Origin: a virus
Virus record (IMG/VR): IMGVR_UViG_3300042557_001775
Coordinates: 8,743-72,742 of that record
DNA length: 64,000 bases
Reading direction: 5' to 3' (one strand)
Under the pieces are notes generated by a model, which was not told where the DNA came from, did no database searches, and was given only the letters and a program-made list of their open reading frames with translations. Both the position numbers and the translations under genes were made by a program. Below, piece after piece: positions 29,953-40,011 of this stretch (its first letter is position 1; each line of letters starts with the position of its first letter).

Positions 29953-32084
29953 AAAATTGAGCCTCCTCCAACGGATTCGGTCTGCTTAGTAGCGTGTAAT
30001 AGCAGCCTGCCTAACCTCGCGCGGCCGCGCCATGAAATGCGTAGCGCAAATTCGTGCCCTAAGTTTGCGGGTAATTCAGTCGCTGCGTTGTCAGCTTCCG
30101 GCGGGGTAGGCAGCCGAAATTGAGAAATATACCCCCGGGCGTAATCAGGTACGTTATTGGAAACGCCGTCTGGAACAAACTGCGTTACAAAGCACTGTGT
30201 AATAGTGTGCCAATGCACCCACTGCGGGCTATCATCGGCGTGCCAATAAATTTTGCACTCGAACGTTTCGTCGGGCCCGCCGCCCAAATCGTCGAACCAA
30301 ACGTCGCACCTCAGTAGCTTTTTGACATTATACTCTTCCTTGAAATCAAAGCTTTTCGTGTTCACGAGCGCATTGACGGGCCGAACAACGCCTGCGCCAT
30401 CAATGTCATGCTCTCGGTCTAAAGACACTTCCCACAATTCATGGAAGTTGGTGTGAAAGCATATGGCAAACATGCGACGAACACCGCCGACCTCGGCGGC
30501 AAACACTTGCAAGGGAGAGATTCCAGTCCACACGCCATCAAACGAAGCTGCTGATTTTTCTCGGTTCCCTGCCGTGTTTCGAAAGTCCAATACCGCGATT
30601 CCGTCGTAGACAATGTTAACCGGCGCGTCCGCGAGCAAAGCGGCGCTTGCATCTTGCGCTGCTTTTGTACTGCCCGACGCAGTAGGAACGACCGCGCGAG
30701 GCCAACAAGTCATCAACAGACGGTCATCAAAGTAGGCAAAACTTACGCGCTCCAGAAGATACGATGTGTCGTATTTTAAGATCGAGTCGATTTCTGAGGA
30801 CATGGGCGTTTGGCCGTAGCCCTCAAAATCAGCGCGCGCGCTCCGGTACGAGCGAATTCCGTTTCCGTCCAAGCTCCGAAAAAACAGATCCCCGTTTACT
30901 GCTTGCACACTCTCGGCCGCCGACCCTACGTTCAAAAATAACACGCGCTGAAAACCTTTGGTTTGCTTCCATTGCATTCGTTCGAGCGAAACGGTAAAGC
31001 TCGCGGCGCCTCGCTCGCAAAACGCGATAAGATCGCCTTGTCCAGTCGCGTCATCTTGGACTGGAACAAACGCCATGGTCTGTACTTTTCCCATTTCGCC
31101 GGGCAACGAAAACGACCCACCTTCGGCTAAAAACGTATGCTCGCTAAAATTCAGCAAATCTTGATCGCTACCTGAATTGAATCTCGCGACGAAACCGCCA
31201 GCCCCGGCGGTTGCAACCGCAGCGGGTATCACAAACGAGTACTCGTCGTTTCTTTGAACGACAACGTATGTTCCGTTGATGTTCGGGGTGCTGCTGTGTC
31301 CGGTGATTGTGACTGAATCGCCCGCCGAAAAACCGTGAGGTGCTTCTGTCGTAACAACGCACGGAAAGTCTACGCTTGTGCTTTTAATTGCTACGCTGGA
31401 CACGCTGCCTCCGTAAATGAGATCCCCCGCCATTATTTCACTGCCGTCGTTGACGGCCACAAAAAGTCGCCCTTGTCCGTACGCCATTTGCTTTCCGGAC
31501 GGAACGCTAGGGGAACCGTAATAGCTCGCCGGTTGACAGCCATAGCCGTCATAGATGATCGGCTCGTTTGCGCCGTCTTGGATGACGACAAATTTCTCGG
31601 CTTGTACTAAATAAACCGGAACGGTGTTCAGTATCGGAACTGACTGGTTGACCCAAAAACACGAACCCGCTGTTAGATCAATCGCTAGGACGCGCCCATC
31701 GATGACGAGGATAAGCTGCGCCGGTCGCCCCTCGCGGGGGTCATTATAAATTAAACCCCCTTGATAATACCGCCCTGCCCGGACGTACGCTTCAAACCGG
31801 CTTGCGGAAGTAGAAGTGTCTCCCGTTAATCTTGGTCCCGAAAGGCCGTCTTGGACCCACTCGTCAAATCCCGGCTGCCCACTAGCGACTGACGTTGGCG
31901 ATCGCCAATAAGAAGCTCGGATTTGAGAAAAACCCGGCCGCGTTCTAGGACCGCCGGCGCCCCGAAAAGTGCAATTTTCGGCGTAGGACGCCGCGCCGTC
32001 AGCAATCTGGGACGGATCGCGGCTTCCATCCATGCCGACCAAGCCACGGAAGCCATCAACCAGTCTTTCCTGGTCGATAATCAT
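29949..32084 (-). CDS. tail nozzle/stabilisation protein (tail tubular B, P22 gp10-like)
   Basis: 711 aa beta-rich protein after the capsid gene; GRLFVA, GDLFFRS, PMSSEID motifs; E1-FCCH-like insert VVTTEAPHGFSAGDSVTITG...NGTYVV. Confidence 0.7.
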   Translation of the reverse strand: MIIDQERLVDGFRGLVGMDGSRDPSQIADGAASYAENCTFRGAGGPRTRPGFSQIRASYWRSPTSVASGQPGFDEWVQDGLSGPRLTGDTSTSASRFEAYVRAGRYYQGGLIYNDPREGRPAQLILVIDGRVLAIDLTAGSCFWVNQSVPILNTVPVYLVQAEKFVVIQDGANEPIIYDGYGCQPASYYGSPSVPSGKQMAYGQGRLFVAVNDGSEIMAGDLIYGGSVSSVAIKSTSVDFPCVVTTEAPHGFSAGDSVTITGHSSTPNINGTYVVVQRNDEYSFVIPAAVATAGAGGFVARFNSGSDQDLLNFSEHTFLAEGGSFSLPGEMGKVQTMAFVPVQDDATGQGDLIAFCERGAASFTVSLERMQWKQTKGFQRVLFLNVGSAAESVQAVNGDLFFRSLDGNGIRSYRSARADFEGYGQTPMSSEIDSILKYDTSYLLERVSFAYFDDRLLMTCWPRAVVPTASGSTKAAQDASAALLADAPVNIVYDGIAVLDFRNTAGNREKSAASFDGVWTGISPLQVFAAEVGGVRRMFAICFHTNFHELWEVSLDREHDIDGAGVVRPVNALVNTKSFDFKEEYNVKKLLRCDVWFDDLGGGPDETFECKIYWHADDSPQWVHWHTITQCFVTQFVPDGVSNNVPDYARGYISQFRLPTPPEADNAATELPANLGHEFALRISWRGRARLGRLLLHATKQTESVGGGSIL

Positions 32085-32090
32085 CCGGCG

Positions 32091-32318
32091 TTACTCCTTG
32101 GCGAGGGCGGTCATCATCGCCTCGTCAAAACCGGCGTCTTCGGTCGGTTCGGCTTCCGCTTCGGCAGGAGCTTCGCCGACGGGAAGGCCGTCGATGGCGG
32201 TGAGAGTGAGAGTGCCAGCTCCGAGCTGAAGAGTCGCCAAAGCTTCGAATGTCGAACCTTCGGTAACCCCATCAGGCGGAACCATGCCGTTAGGAACGGG
32301 AAATGTGATGGATTTCAT
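32091..32318 (-). CDS. small acidic virion-module protein
   Basis: ATG preceded by AACC element; follows the capsid gene. Confidence 0.6.
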   Translation of the reverse strand: MKSITFPVPNGMVPPDGVTEGSTFEALATLQLGAGTLTLTAIDGLPVGEAPAEAEAEPTEDAGFDEAMMTALAKE

Positions 32319-32330
32319 GTGGTTTGCGAG

Positions 32331-32382
32331 GTTGCCCCCAGTCTACCCCGGAGATTTACTCCGGGGCAGTGTTGGGAACAAC
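32331..32382 (-). terminator. long stem-loop after major capsid gene
   Basis: Core CCCCGGAG-attta-CTCCGGGG (32346-32366) with extended outer pairing; no clear U tract. Confidence 0.5.
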
Positions 32383-33675
32383 TTAGGCCGTAATCGCGGT
32401 GTTCGCGCAGTTGAGCGCGTCAACAACACGCGGGCAGCGGCGGTGACGAATCACGAAGCCGAGTTCAGGGCGCAGGAGCTTAGGACCGTAGGCATAGAGG
32501 GCCCGAAAGTACCCAATATTGCCGTCCGGATTGATCAAGCGATCCTGGATGTTCCTCCAAGTGAATTCACCCGACCAGGAATAGGCCGGATTGTATTTCA
32601 GTTGGCCGACGCCCGTGGGCTTCGGGATGAGGATCTTCAGCACGTCCGCGTGGTAAACCACGGTGTCCGTGAACGGAGCGTCCTTGTAAGCCTGCGACAC
32701 TTCGAACTGGCGACCGATGGTCAACGCGTTGGAGCCTTCGAAAGGCTGCACGCGAGTCCATTTACGATCGGTATCGTTGAACGTGTAGCGCGGCGGAAAC
32801 TCAACCGTGAAGAACTTGAACCCGCGATACGTACCGGAGAGTCCCGGAGCCGCCATCATCGGGCTGCTGTTGCCAGCGCCCTCGAAGGCGTAACGGAAGT
32901 CGTCACGGACGTTGCTGTCCTCCATCTTCAGATCGTAGAAGCTGAAGCGATCGCCGACCAAGGCGTAGACCGGCGTCATTTCGTCAACCCGGGTGTACGG
33001 ATTGATCGAGCCGCCGAGATAGCCCATTTGTTCGTAAACGAACTCAAGGACATCCCAGGTCAGTTTACCGACTTTGGCCGCAACAGTGCCAGCGGCCATC
33101 GCAGTTCCGGACGCTGTGCCGTAAGTGGCGGAAGTCGCCAAGGCATCAGACGCACCGGCAAAGAACTGCGAGCGCGTGGCGGTCACAACTCCACTATTGG
33201 CCGTCTTGTAGACCGCCAAATAGTTGCTGACTGCGTTGAGGTACTCGTCCTGGTACGCGTTGGTCCAGACCCAGCGGGTGTTTTCGGTCAGGATGCGGAT
33301 GATATTCCGAACCTGATCTTCCACCTGCCAAGCGAACTGAAGGTCGTCCAAGCAGATGTCGGGCGAGTTCAGCGAGGCCTTTTTGAGGCTCGTCTGGCGC
33401 AGGGTGATGCCGAAGCGGTCGAGGGTTTGACCGGCGTTGGTACACTGGCCTCCGGCTTCGCCGTTGCTGCTCGACCAGGCCGAGAAGGCGACGGGTGATG
33501 TAGGAAGCACCCGCTCATAGATCGGGTAGCTGTATTGAGTGCCCTGCCCGTCGAGCCAAGGCTCTTTAGGCAAGTGCTTGAGGTAAAAGTCCGAGTTGGT
33601 GATGTTCTTCGCAACGTTGTTGCGAATCAAACCAGCATGCTCGTGAAACAATTTCTGAATGTTAGGTGCAGACAT
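32383..33675 (-). CDS. major capsid protein
   Basis: 430 aa; strong GAAAGGAG RBS, own promoter and downstream hairpin, strongly biased codons; position between scaffold and nozzle genes. Confidence 0.8.
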   Translation of the reverse strand: MSAPNIQKLFHEHAGLIRNNVAKNITNSDFYLKHLPKEPWLDGQGTQYSYPIYERVLPTSPVAFSAWSSSNGEAGGQCTNAGQTLDRFGITLRQTSLKKASLNSPDICLDDLQFAWQVEDQVRNIIRILTENTRWVWTNAYQDEYLNAVSNYLAVYKTANSGVVTATRSQFFAGASDALATSATYGTASGTAMAAGTVAAKVGKLTWDVLEFVYEQMGYLGGSINPYTRVDEMTPVYALVGDRFSFYDLKMEDSNVRDDFRYAFEGAGNSSPMMAAPGLSGTYRGFKFFTVEFPPRYTFNDTDRKWTRVQPFEGSNALTIGRQFEVSQAYKDAPFTDTVVYHADVLKILIPKPTGVGQLKYNPAYSWSGEFTWRNIQDRLINPDGNIGYFRALYAYGPKLLRPELGFVIRHRRCPRVVDALNCANTAITA

Positions 33676-33848
33676 AAGCCTGTTTTTCTCCTTTCAAGAG
33701 AGGTTTTGTGGTTATGAATCTAGTGATGTCCAAAACCGCCATTGCGGAGCCAGACGCTAGATCCAAGGTTTTCTTTACCCTCTGCGGAAAGGGCCTATAC
33801 ACGCAGTTGTTTTTTCGAGCCGAGTATTACCGCTACTCGTAAGCGTGA
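33676..33848 (-). ncRNA. structured 5' leader of capsid mRNA (putative cis-regulatory RNA)
   Basis: Hairpin CGAGUA/UACUCG, pseudoknot-compatible CUGCG/CGCAG plus CCCU/AGGG, long stem AUCUAG..GUC..CCGC-aaug-GCGG..GAC..CUAGAU. Confidence 0.45.
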
Positions 33849-33853
33849 GATAA

Positions 33854-33880
33854 ATTATACGCAGCCGGAAAGCGTGTCAA
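33854..33880 (-). promoter_or_regulatory. sigma70-like promoter for capsid gene
   Basis: Perfect TTGACA and TATAAT, but spacer is 15 nt (17 nt to TAATTT). Confidence 0.6.
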
Positions 33881-34344
33881 ATGGCGCTCAATTGCGAGGC
33901 GGCTTCCTGCGAAGCAGCTTCGTAAGTCACGGGCGGTTCGGGCCAATCGCTGCGGGGATCTGGGCTAACCGACGAGGCCAACAGAATTCCCTCAAGCCAC
34001 TGCTTCATCGCCGTCATGGCGGGACCGAGAGTCTGGCCGCTCGTCACAAGAGCCATCTCAAGACGTTGCAACCCGATGACTTGGAGACTCGTCAGGAATC
34101 GGGAAGTCCACTGCTCTGCGGTATAGGTGAGATCGGTGACGGTCCAAGTGCGCGTCACGGTTTGCGCTTCGACATCTACGACATCCGATTGATTCAAGAC
34201 TTGGGTTTCGGGGTTGTAGGCAGGCGGTTCGCTTTCCACCACAGTCATCTCCAAAAGCTCTGGAGCAAGGCCGACAATCGGCTCCTCATCAATGCGCGGC
34301 CACGGAAGGACTTGTTCTGTTTGGGTGTTGTAGAGAAGTTTCAT
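33877..34344 (-). CDS. tail fibre assembly-like protein
   Basis: PPAYNPETQVL..V.RTWTV.DL and C-terminal WPEPP patterns. Confidence 0.55.
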   Translation of the reverse strand: MKLLYNTQTEQVLPWPRIDEEPIVGLAPELLEMTVVESEPPAYNPETQVLNQSDVVDVEAQTVTRTWTVTDLTYTAEQWTSRFLTSLQVIGLQRLEMALVTSGQTLGPAMTAMKQWLEGILLASSVSPDPRSDWPEPPVTYEAASQEAASQLSAI

Positions 34345-34346
34345 AC

Positions 34347-34862
34347 TTAGAATATTACGCTGACATTAGAAAGTGCAGGGCTTTGGGCTGCGGCTCCTTT
34401 CCAAAAGTTTATACGAACTACATGACCCGCAGGCACGTTGGACGCTGTAAGCGTGACGGTCTGTGGTGTGTTGATTGCAGTCCCCGCACCAGCAATTTGC
34501 TGCCCAAGAGTTCTGTTAAAGACATTAGCACCCATGGCCCACGCGTTTGCATTAAATGGACTTGAGGCGCTAAATGTGAGAATGAAATCAGACGTTGCAG
34601 GCATTGTGAAATCTCGGAAAAACGGCAATGTCCCCCCTGCTTCTACTGGTGAACGTGTAAGGCCCTGAAGATTTGCGTAATAGACGCCATTCAACAAACG
34701 CACCAAGAAATCGTTTGTAGACACATTTACAAATGTGCGCCAGCCAAAAGGCACCGCCCTGCCCCACCAATTCGCAACATTGCTTGTCATGCCAGTAACA
34801 TTTGAAAAGTCACCGTTTACGTCTTCAGCGAAGGCATACGGATTGATTACAAAAGCACTCAC
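34347..34862 (-). CDS. fibre-associated, carbohydrate-binding-like protein
   Basis: MSAFVINPYAF N-terminus, NGDFS start of a beta-sandwich; low GC. Confidence 0.6.
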   Translation of the reverse strand: MSAFVINPYAFAEDVNGDFSNVTGMTSNVANWWGRAVPFGWRTFVNVSTNDFLVRLLNGVYYANLQGLTRSPVEAGGTLPFFRDFTMPATSDFILTFSASSPFNANAWAMGANVFNRTLGQQIAGAGTAINTPQTVTLTASNVPAGHVVRINFWKGAAAQSPALSNVSVIF

Positions 34863-36250
34863 AGCCTTGTCCCTCTGAGAATAACTTTGAGTCCAGCGCC
34901 AGCTACCAAGGAACCGGGTTGGTCGATGTCGATGGTGATTTCGCGGTTGGCGGGAAATACGTTATAAAAATCGCTGATCGACGATGCTCCTGTCCGGATC
35001 ACAGCAGCAGGCGACGAAGTCGCGCTGGATCGTTGATTGGGGCTGATGTGCAGCTTCGTAGACAGCACGGAGAAGTCGCTGAGACCGCCAGTAAGACCCG
35101 GTTGATTAATGTCTACTACAAGCGCGGAACCAGTTGGCGCGACAGTGACTGACGCCGCAACAGACGTGAGGCGAAAACTAACGGGGGCACGGAAAGTCAC
35201 TTTTGTTCCGGCAGTTAGCGCAGACGTCTCGTCGGAACAGGCGATGACGAATTCGATAGCTGCGCCGACAAGATCGTAAGTCGGAACTAATAGGCTGTCT
35301 CGCGTATTCTTTTTGATATCGATGCTGAACGCATTGTTAAAAGTAATACCAAAGGACGTGACTTCCACGTAGTTCGGGCTTTCTCCGTCTCCGACTACTA
35401 CATATTCGGTTTCTACACGGGCGGTCTTTACAGTTTGCGGTGTTGGAATATTGGCAATGTCCCGCCCATCAATATTCAGCCGGTTGCCCGGCCCCAAATC
35501 CTGCCAATATACCGCATCGGTTACAGGTATAGATTCATTGTCGAATTTCGCCCGATAAATCCGCCCTCCTGAATGCACTACATCCCCCGCAAGGTAGCGG
35601 GTTCCGTCAACAAGTGTATGGTTAGCGGTCCACGGAACGGCGGCGTTGAAATAGAGGTCGTCGTGATTGTGGGCAGAAGGCGGAAGCGAGGAGGGTTTAT
35701 TTAGGATCTCCGCATCGCCACTCGTTGCGTTCCAGTCGGCTTTGACTTGCGGAGATGCCTCCACATAGGTAGATGACGACGGCACCCAGACATAGATTTT
35801 GGATGTGTCCAGAGCCGTATAGACGCGATTCACCTCACCCGGGGTGGGGAAAGCTCCCCTATTGGCAAACGATGGAAAGAAATTCAGGTGCGTTCTAGCG
35901 GCAGCAAGGCTAGACGTTAGCAAGGTACGCCCCGAGCCGGTGGCATCTGAAATTGCACTAGCGGGGTGATCGTGCGCGCTGGGCGTAAACGTAGAAGGCT
36001 TATTAGCTAGGGTATCCCAATCTGCTACGCTTTGCTTTTCCACGAAGTTCTCGTTCGCGACGCCGTCTTTGAACCAATACTCCACGATAGAGTTGCCACT
36101 TTTAATACCGACGGTTAAGCCCTGATAACGAAAGCCGGATGTGAGGTCAGCCAGCGCGAGCGCGACAGTATCGTAAGGACCGTATTTGGCGTCCAGAGCG
36201 GTTGGCGCTCCAATCAGAACGCCTGTTGCAAGTGTGATTCCAGATGGCAT
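34859..36250 (-). CDS. fibre/decoration protein
   Basis: WDTLANKPSTFTPSAH.H and ADWNATSGDAEILNKP motifs; CBM5/12-like YLAGDVV..G.IYRA; C-terminal ITIDIDQ.GS..AGAGLKV.L. Confidence 0.7.
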   Translation of the reverse strand: MPSGITLATGVLIGAPTALDAKYGPYDTVALALADLTSGFRYQGLTVGIKSGNSIVEYWFKDGVANENFVEKQSVADWDTLANKPSTFTPSAHDHPASAISDATGSGRTLLTSSLAAARTHLNFFPSFANRGAFPTPGEVNRVYTALDTSKIYVWVPSSSTYVEASPQVKADWNATSGDAEILNKPSSLPPSAHNHDDLYFNAAVPWTANHTLVDGTRYLAGDVVHSGGRIYRAKFDNESIPVTDAVYWQDLGPGNRLNIDGRDIANIPTPQTVKTARVETEYVVVGDGESPNYVEVTSFGITFNNAFSIDIKKNTRDSLLVPTYDLVGAAIEFVIACSDETSALTAGTKVTFRAPVSFRLTSVAASVTVAPTGSALVVDINQPGLTGGLSDFSVLSTKLHISPNQRSSATSSPAAVIRTGASSISDFYNVFPANREITIDIDQPGSLVAGAGLKVILRGTRL

Positions 36251-37440
36251 TAGAGCGTGTTCCTCAGTTCTAAAGTTGTGGCCGAGTCAGTCTGCGGATT
36301 TTTGCTTACGAGCACCTTAAAATTGCGCGTCCAACGCGGCGATGTTGACGCCTGAGCAACGTTATTTTGGGTCTCTTCAGTCTTAAATGGTCCGGTAATC
36401 GAACCGCTGTTAAGGGCCGACACGAAAAAAGCAGTCTTGCTAGTTAGGGCAGAGTCGTGCGCTACGCCTACAAACTGGTTGCTCACGTTGTAGGGGACAG
36501 ACAGGGTGCCGCCAGCATCCGCCACCACCTTCGCAATAGTTGCGGAAGCGTGAATGTTTATAGCGGTTCCAGAGGTGCCGTTACCAAGAGCCGTGATCGC
36601 AGCTCCAAACTGAGCCGCAGTAAACGTCACAGGAGACTTGATGTAGTACCAAGGATAGACTCCCATGACTCCCAGAAAACCTGTGGAGGCCACCTCCGTA
36701 CCGGCATAACGCCAGCCGTCCAAATTGGTGCTGATTGCTCCCTTGTTGTCGAAGTATGCTCCTGTTCCGGCAGTGTATGGCAACGAGACCAGCCACTCAT
36801 TGTTGTATTGTTCCACGGGAATAACGCCCAAGTTATTGTTGTTGGTCGTTGTTGTGAGCCCCGTTCCTGTGAATTCAGGAGTTCCCGCCGCGCCGACTAC
36901 TTCGGGACCTAGAGAGCCGTCACCGTTTGTGATGCGGCCACGATTGAAAGTTACTGTAAGAGTTCTTTGCACTGGCGTTCCGACCTCTTGCACTCCGGTG
37001 AGCCCACTGACTGACAACGTCAAAGACGGAACGTTTTCATCTCGTATCCATGGAAGGACTGTCGGGAAAAGAATTTTGTCTAGCGCTTGCACTATAGTCC
37101 GAGATTTCCAAGTGCTGGCCGGTTCTGGGGTTGCTCCGCCCACAAGAGTATTAAAAGTATGGTCAGGAATCGCGCTTGAATACAAACTGCCCGCCTTGCC
37201 GTCCAACGCCGTTTGTAAATCCGAAACCTCGCTGATCAGGTGACTATGCGCGCTGGGATCGAACGTTGTCGGCTTTCCCGTAATTTGGCTCCACTCGCTT
37301 ACGCCCGGATCGCCTTTGACCCCTTGAGGCCCAACCGCTCCCGCAGGCCCAACCGGCCCAATCGCTCCTTGAGGCCCGACTCCTTCAATAACTTCGATGA
37401 CCTCTTTCGGAGCCTCGATGATCTCAATTACCTCGGCCAT
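36250..37440 (-). CDS. collagen-like fibre/decoration protein
   Basis: Short Gly-X-Y run GPQGAIGPVGPAGAVGPQGVKGDPG; HSH.ISEV.DLQ.ALDGK motif. Confidence 0.7.
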   Translation of the reverse strand: MAEVIEIIEAPKEVIEVIEGVGPQGAIGPVGPAGAVGPQGVKGDPGVSEWSQITGKPTTFDPSAHSHLISEVSDLQTALDGKAGSLYSSAIPDHTFNTLVGGATPEPASTWKSRTIVQALDKILFPTVLPWIRDENVPSLTLSVSGLTGVQEVGTPVQRTLTVTFNRGRITNGDGSLGPEVVGAAGTPEFTGTGLTTTTNNNNLGVIPVEQYNNEWLVSLPYTAGTGAYFDNKGAISTNLDGWRYAGTEVASTGFLGVMGVYPWYYIKSPVTFTAAQFGAAITALGNGTSGTAINIHASATIAKVVADAGGTLSVPYNVSNQFVGVAHDSALTSKTAFFVSALNSGSITGPFKTEETQNNVAQASTSPRWTRNFKVLVSKNPQTDSATTLELRNTL

Positions 37441-37775
37441 TAGCGCGTTACCTCCGGGGTGCAAACCGCCACGCCTTCGATTAAGCGCGTGACTTCGCTG
37501 TTTAAGACAAGCTCTAGGTCATAGACGTATCGGCCCGCAGGAAGGGCCTGCGTTTGTGCTTCGGTAAGCGACACCTTAATTGTCCCGGCCGTTCCTCCCA
37601 GAGTGATTCCCGACGTGTGCGTCAATGAAATTGCTGCGGTCGGAGCGTCGTAGCTGGTCCGGAGCTGCATACGCGCAGACGCCCCTGTCAAATTCACGGG
37701 GGCGCTGCCGCGCTTGTAGACAAGATCCAACGACCAAGTCGTGCCTTGCGGAATTGTGATGTCGTGGGAGACCAT
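37440..37775 (-). CDS. BppU-N/LtfC-like Ig-fold structural protein
   Basis: I.QG.T...VNLTG.SARMQLR...G.I...L...QT..L...YVYDLEL......RL.EG.....PEVTR. Confidence 0.7.
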   Translation of the reverse strand: MVSHDITIPQGTTWSLDLVYKRGSAPVNLTGASARMQLRTSYDAPTAAISLTHTSGITLGGTAGTIKVSLTEAQTQALPAGRYVYDLELVLNSEVTRLIEGVAVCTPEVTR

Positions 37776-37789
37776 CCGCTAATATACAC

Positions 37790-39004
37790 CTACGCGCCCA
37801 TGCCCGCCTTCACCGCGTCGAGAAAGTCCTCGTAGTCGGCTCCGCCTTCAGGAGAAACCGCAGGAGACGTTCCGCCGCCCGCGCCAGGGGTCGTGGCTGT
37901 GTATTTCTCCAGCGCAGACGACACCTCTTGATATTTCTCAAAAAGATTCGTGAGCTGCGTGTAAAGGAACGGCGCCGCTGCCGCCCGAAGCGCGAAGTCA
38001 GCGCGTTGCGGGATTTCTAGGCGGTCGATATCGACGGATCGCGCAGTCTGCACGACGTTGTCGATCGCTCCGTTCCACGCGTCGTCCCCTTCCCGCTTGC
38101 GGAAAAGAGGAACGTTGTCCTCGACCGCTTTCCACACCGCGTCGATTGACGCGTTGTAGGTGCGGCCCATTTCCTCTTGGGTCTTGGCGGCTTGCGCCTG
38201 ACGATGCTCTTCGAGCTTCTGATTGGCGAGCTTGGCGTTGTTGGAAATCCGAGTGCGGATTCCTTGAACTTTTTGATATTCCTCGGCCAGCTCGTACAGA
38301 CGAAAGCGGTCGCGGTCGTTCATGCTCGACGCAATGTCCACCAGCAACTCGGTCTGGCGCTCAGAGTCCGATTCAGCAAAAGCCGTGCGAAGATCCGCCT
38401 CACGGACTTCATACTTCTTCGCCATTGCGGAGATTGTGCCGTCGATTCGCCGCAACGGCTCGACCACGGCCTCTTTGTATTCCTGGGTGGCTTCGACCCG
38501 AGCAATTTCCAGCTCACGTTCCTGCGCGTCAATGCGCTCCCGCATTGCTTTCAGTTCGGTCGGATCGGCTTCCCGGGGCTTGGATTCCAACGCAGCAAGC
38601 TTGGCTTCGAGTTCTTGGCGACGCGTCCGCTCTTCTTTCAGCGCACGGCGTTGCTCCGCCCACTTGGTTTTGGCGCTAGGCGTAGGCGCAATATCGTCGC
38701 CCGGAAGTTCTCCTAGCTCGTCGTCTTTCGGAGTCGGAGCGGCCGGCTCATCTTTCTTACCTTTGAGCGCGGCGACCAACGAATCCGCCGAAGGTCCCTT
38801 AATCTCGGGAGCCTTAACCGCCTCGGCCGTCGGAGCCGGGGGCGTTGATGCCGGTGCGGCAGGAGTATCCGCTGCGGTTTCGGTCGCGGGGCTCTCGAAG
38901 GCTTCGCGCATAGCGCGCGCTGCATCGAAACTGAATGAACCGCCCGCCTCATCAGGCGACGGAGTGTTGTCGGCCGGAGCCGGAGCAGTGGTTTGGTTGT
39001 CCAT
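37790..39004 (-). CDS. capsid scaffolding protein
   Basis: Disordered Pro/Ala N-terminus, long coiled coil, short amphipathic C-terminal helix (EDFLDAVK). Confidence 0.65.
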   Translation of the reverse strand: MDNQTTAPAPADNTPSPDEAGGSFSFDAARAMREAFESPATETAADTPAAPASTPPAPTAEAVKAPEIKGPSADSLVAALKGKKDEPAAPTPKDDELGELPGDDIAPTPSAKTKWAEQRRALKEERTRRQELEAKLAALESKPREADPTELKAMRERIDAQERELEIARVEATQEYKEAVVEPLRRIDGTISAMAKKYEVREADLRTAFAESDSERQTELLVDIASSMNDRDRFRLYELAEEYQKVQGIRTRISNNAKLANQKLEEHRQAQAAKTQEEMGRTYNASIDAVWKAVEDNVPLFRKREGDDAWNGAIDNVVQTARSVDIDRLEIPQRADFALRAAAAPFLYTQLTNLFEKYQEVSSALEKYTATTPGAGGGTSPAVSPEGGADYEDFLDAVKAGMGA

Positions 39005-39008
39005 AAAA

Positions 39009-39290
39009 TTATTCTTCAACGAGTGACGGCATCAGATCTCGGGCCGACGGGGCTAGTCGGGCGGGCATCGCGAGTCGCTCAAGCGAGCGAAGCGCATGGA
39101 AGTAGCCTTCGCGCCGAGCGTTCTGCATGGCGTTCCATTCCATAAAATTCAATCCGGGAGGAGTGGGCATCTCAAGCGGCTCGCCCAATTCCTTGAGGAC
39201 GTCGATAGCCCGTTGAACGTGCGGTTCTTGTAGAGTCTGCGCCAGCGCGGGGCGGAACAGCTCGTTTTTGCGATATTCTTCGGCGGTCAT
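39009..39290 (-). CDS. small head-module protein (Bbp19-like position)
   Basis: NARREG motif; sits directly before the scaffold gene. Confidence 0.55.
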   Translation of the reverse strand: MTAEEYRKNELFRPALAQTLQEPHVQRAIDVLKELGEPLEMPTPPGLNFMEWNAMQNARREGYFHALRSLERLAMPARLAPSARDLMPSLVEE

Positions 39291-39868
39291 TGAGTGGCTT
39301 GAAAGTGCATGGCATCCCGGGACCAGAACGCTCCGGCGGAAAGCCAACCTTCGCGGGCAAAGATTTCCATTACGTCGAAAGGCATCCGCGACTTGGTCGG
39401 CCAATGCGTAAGGTTTCCATTTCGATTGGCGTCGAAGTCTACAGCAGCGGCACGGGCATGAAGGCTCGGCAAGCTGCCGCCGCGCATCGAGCGGTTAGCG
39501 AAAGCTCCGAAGAAACGATTCACTCCCGCTTCCGTCCTAGATTCGTCGGTCGTGTAGCGCTCCCCGAGAGCCTTGAGGATTCGCTCAAAGCTCGGCGCGA
39601 GCTTTTCGTGAACGGCAATCGTCTTCACAGTCGAGGGGCCGTTGTACAAAAACATCTTGTACGGCACCGGAACCGGCTCCAGCGGAACGTGTCCGGGACG
39701 CCCGTAAAAGTTAGTCAGCGCCGCTTGCGTAGTCTTAGGCCAAGGCTTTGATGCCGGCATCAGCCCGCGAAGATGCCGCTGGGCGGCCGCGACGGACTTG
39801 GGTCCCCAAAAGCCGTCAGGCTCAGTCCCGACGGTTTCTTGGATAATTTTGATCTGCGTTTGGTTCAC
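39287..39868 (-). CDS. endolysin, M15 (L,D/D,D-peptidase-like) with short PG-binding N-terminus
   Basis: PDGFWGPKS; R.MRGG...SLHARAAAVD; DAMHFQ. Confidence 0.85.
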   Translation of the reverse strand: MNQTQIKIIQETVGTEPDGFWGPKSVAAAQRHLRGLMPASKPWPKTTQAALTNFYGRPGHVPLEPVPVPYKMFLYNGPSTVKTIAVHEKLAPSFERILKALGERYTTDESRTEAGVNRFFGAFANRSMRGGSLPSLHARAAAVDFDANRNGNLTHWPTKSRMPFDVMEIFAREGWLSAGAFWSRDAMHFQATQ

Positions 39869-40011
39869 CGGGTCGGCTTGACTACGCTTTTTCCTGTCGG
39901 CTCTACCGACACAGTCACTCGCTGGTTAACAAAGTCGTAACCAAACCCAATCTTCGGGGTCACACATCCCGCGAGTAGGACCCCGCAAACGAGGATAAAA
40001 GCCCGTCTCAC
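39865..40011 (-). CDS. small lipoprotein, possible spanin (48 aa, not in ORF track)
   Basis: GTG start; MRRAFILVCGVLLAGC lipobox; GTGA overlaps with both neighbours. Confidence 0.6.
   Translation of the reverse strand: MRRAFILVCGVLLAGCVTPKIGFGYDFVNQRVTVSVEPTGKSVVKPTR

Noticed and set aside
32284-33498. 404-aa + strand ORF opposite the capsid gene, and similar long antisense ORFs (23923-25140, 44134-45126, 17467-18555, 59984-61240)
   Set aside because: Antisense shadows of GC3-biased real genes; no RBS or recognisable motifs
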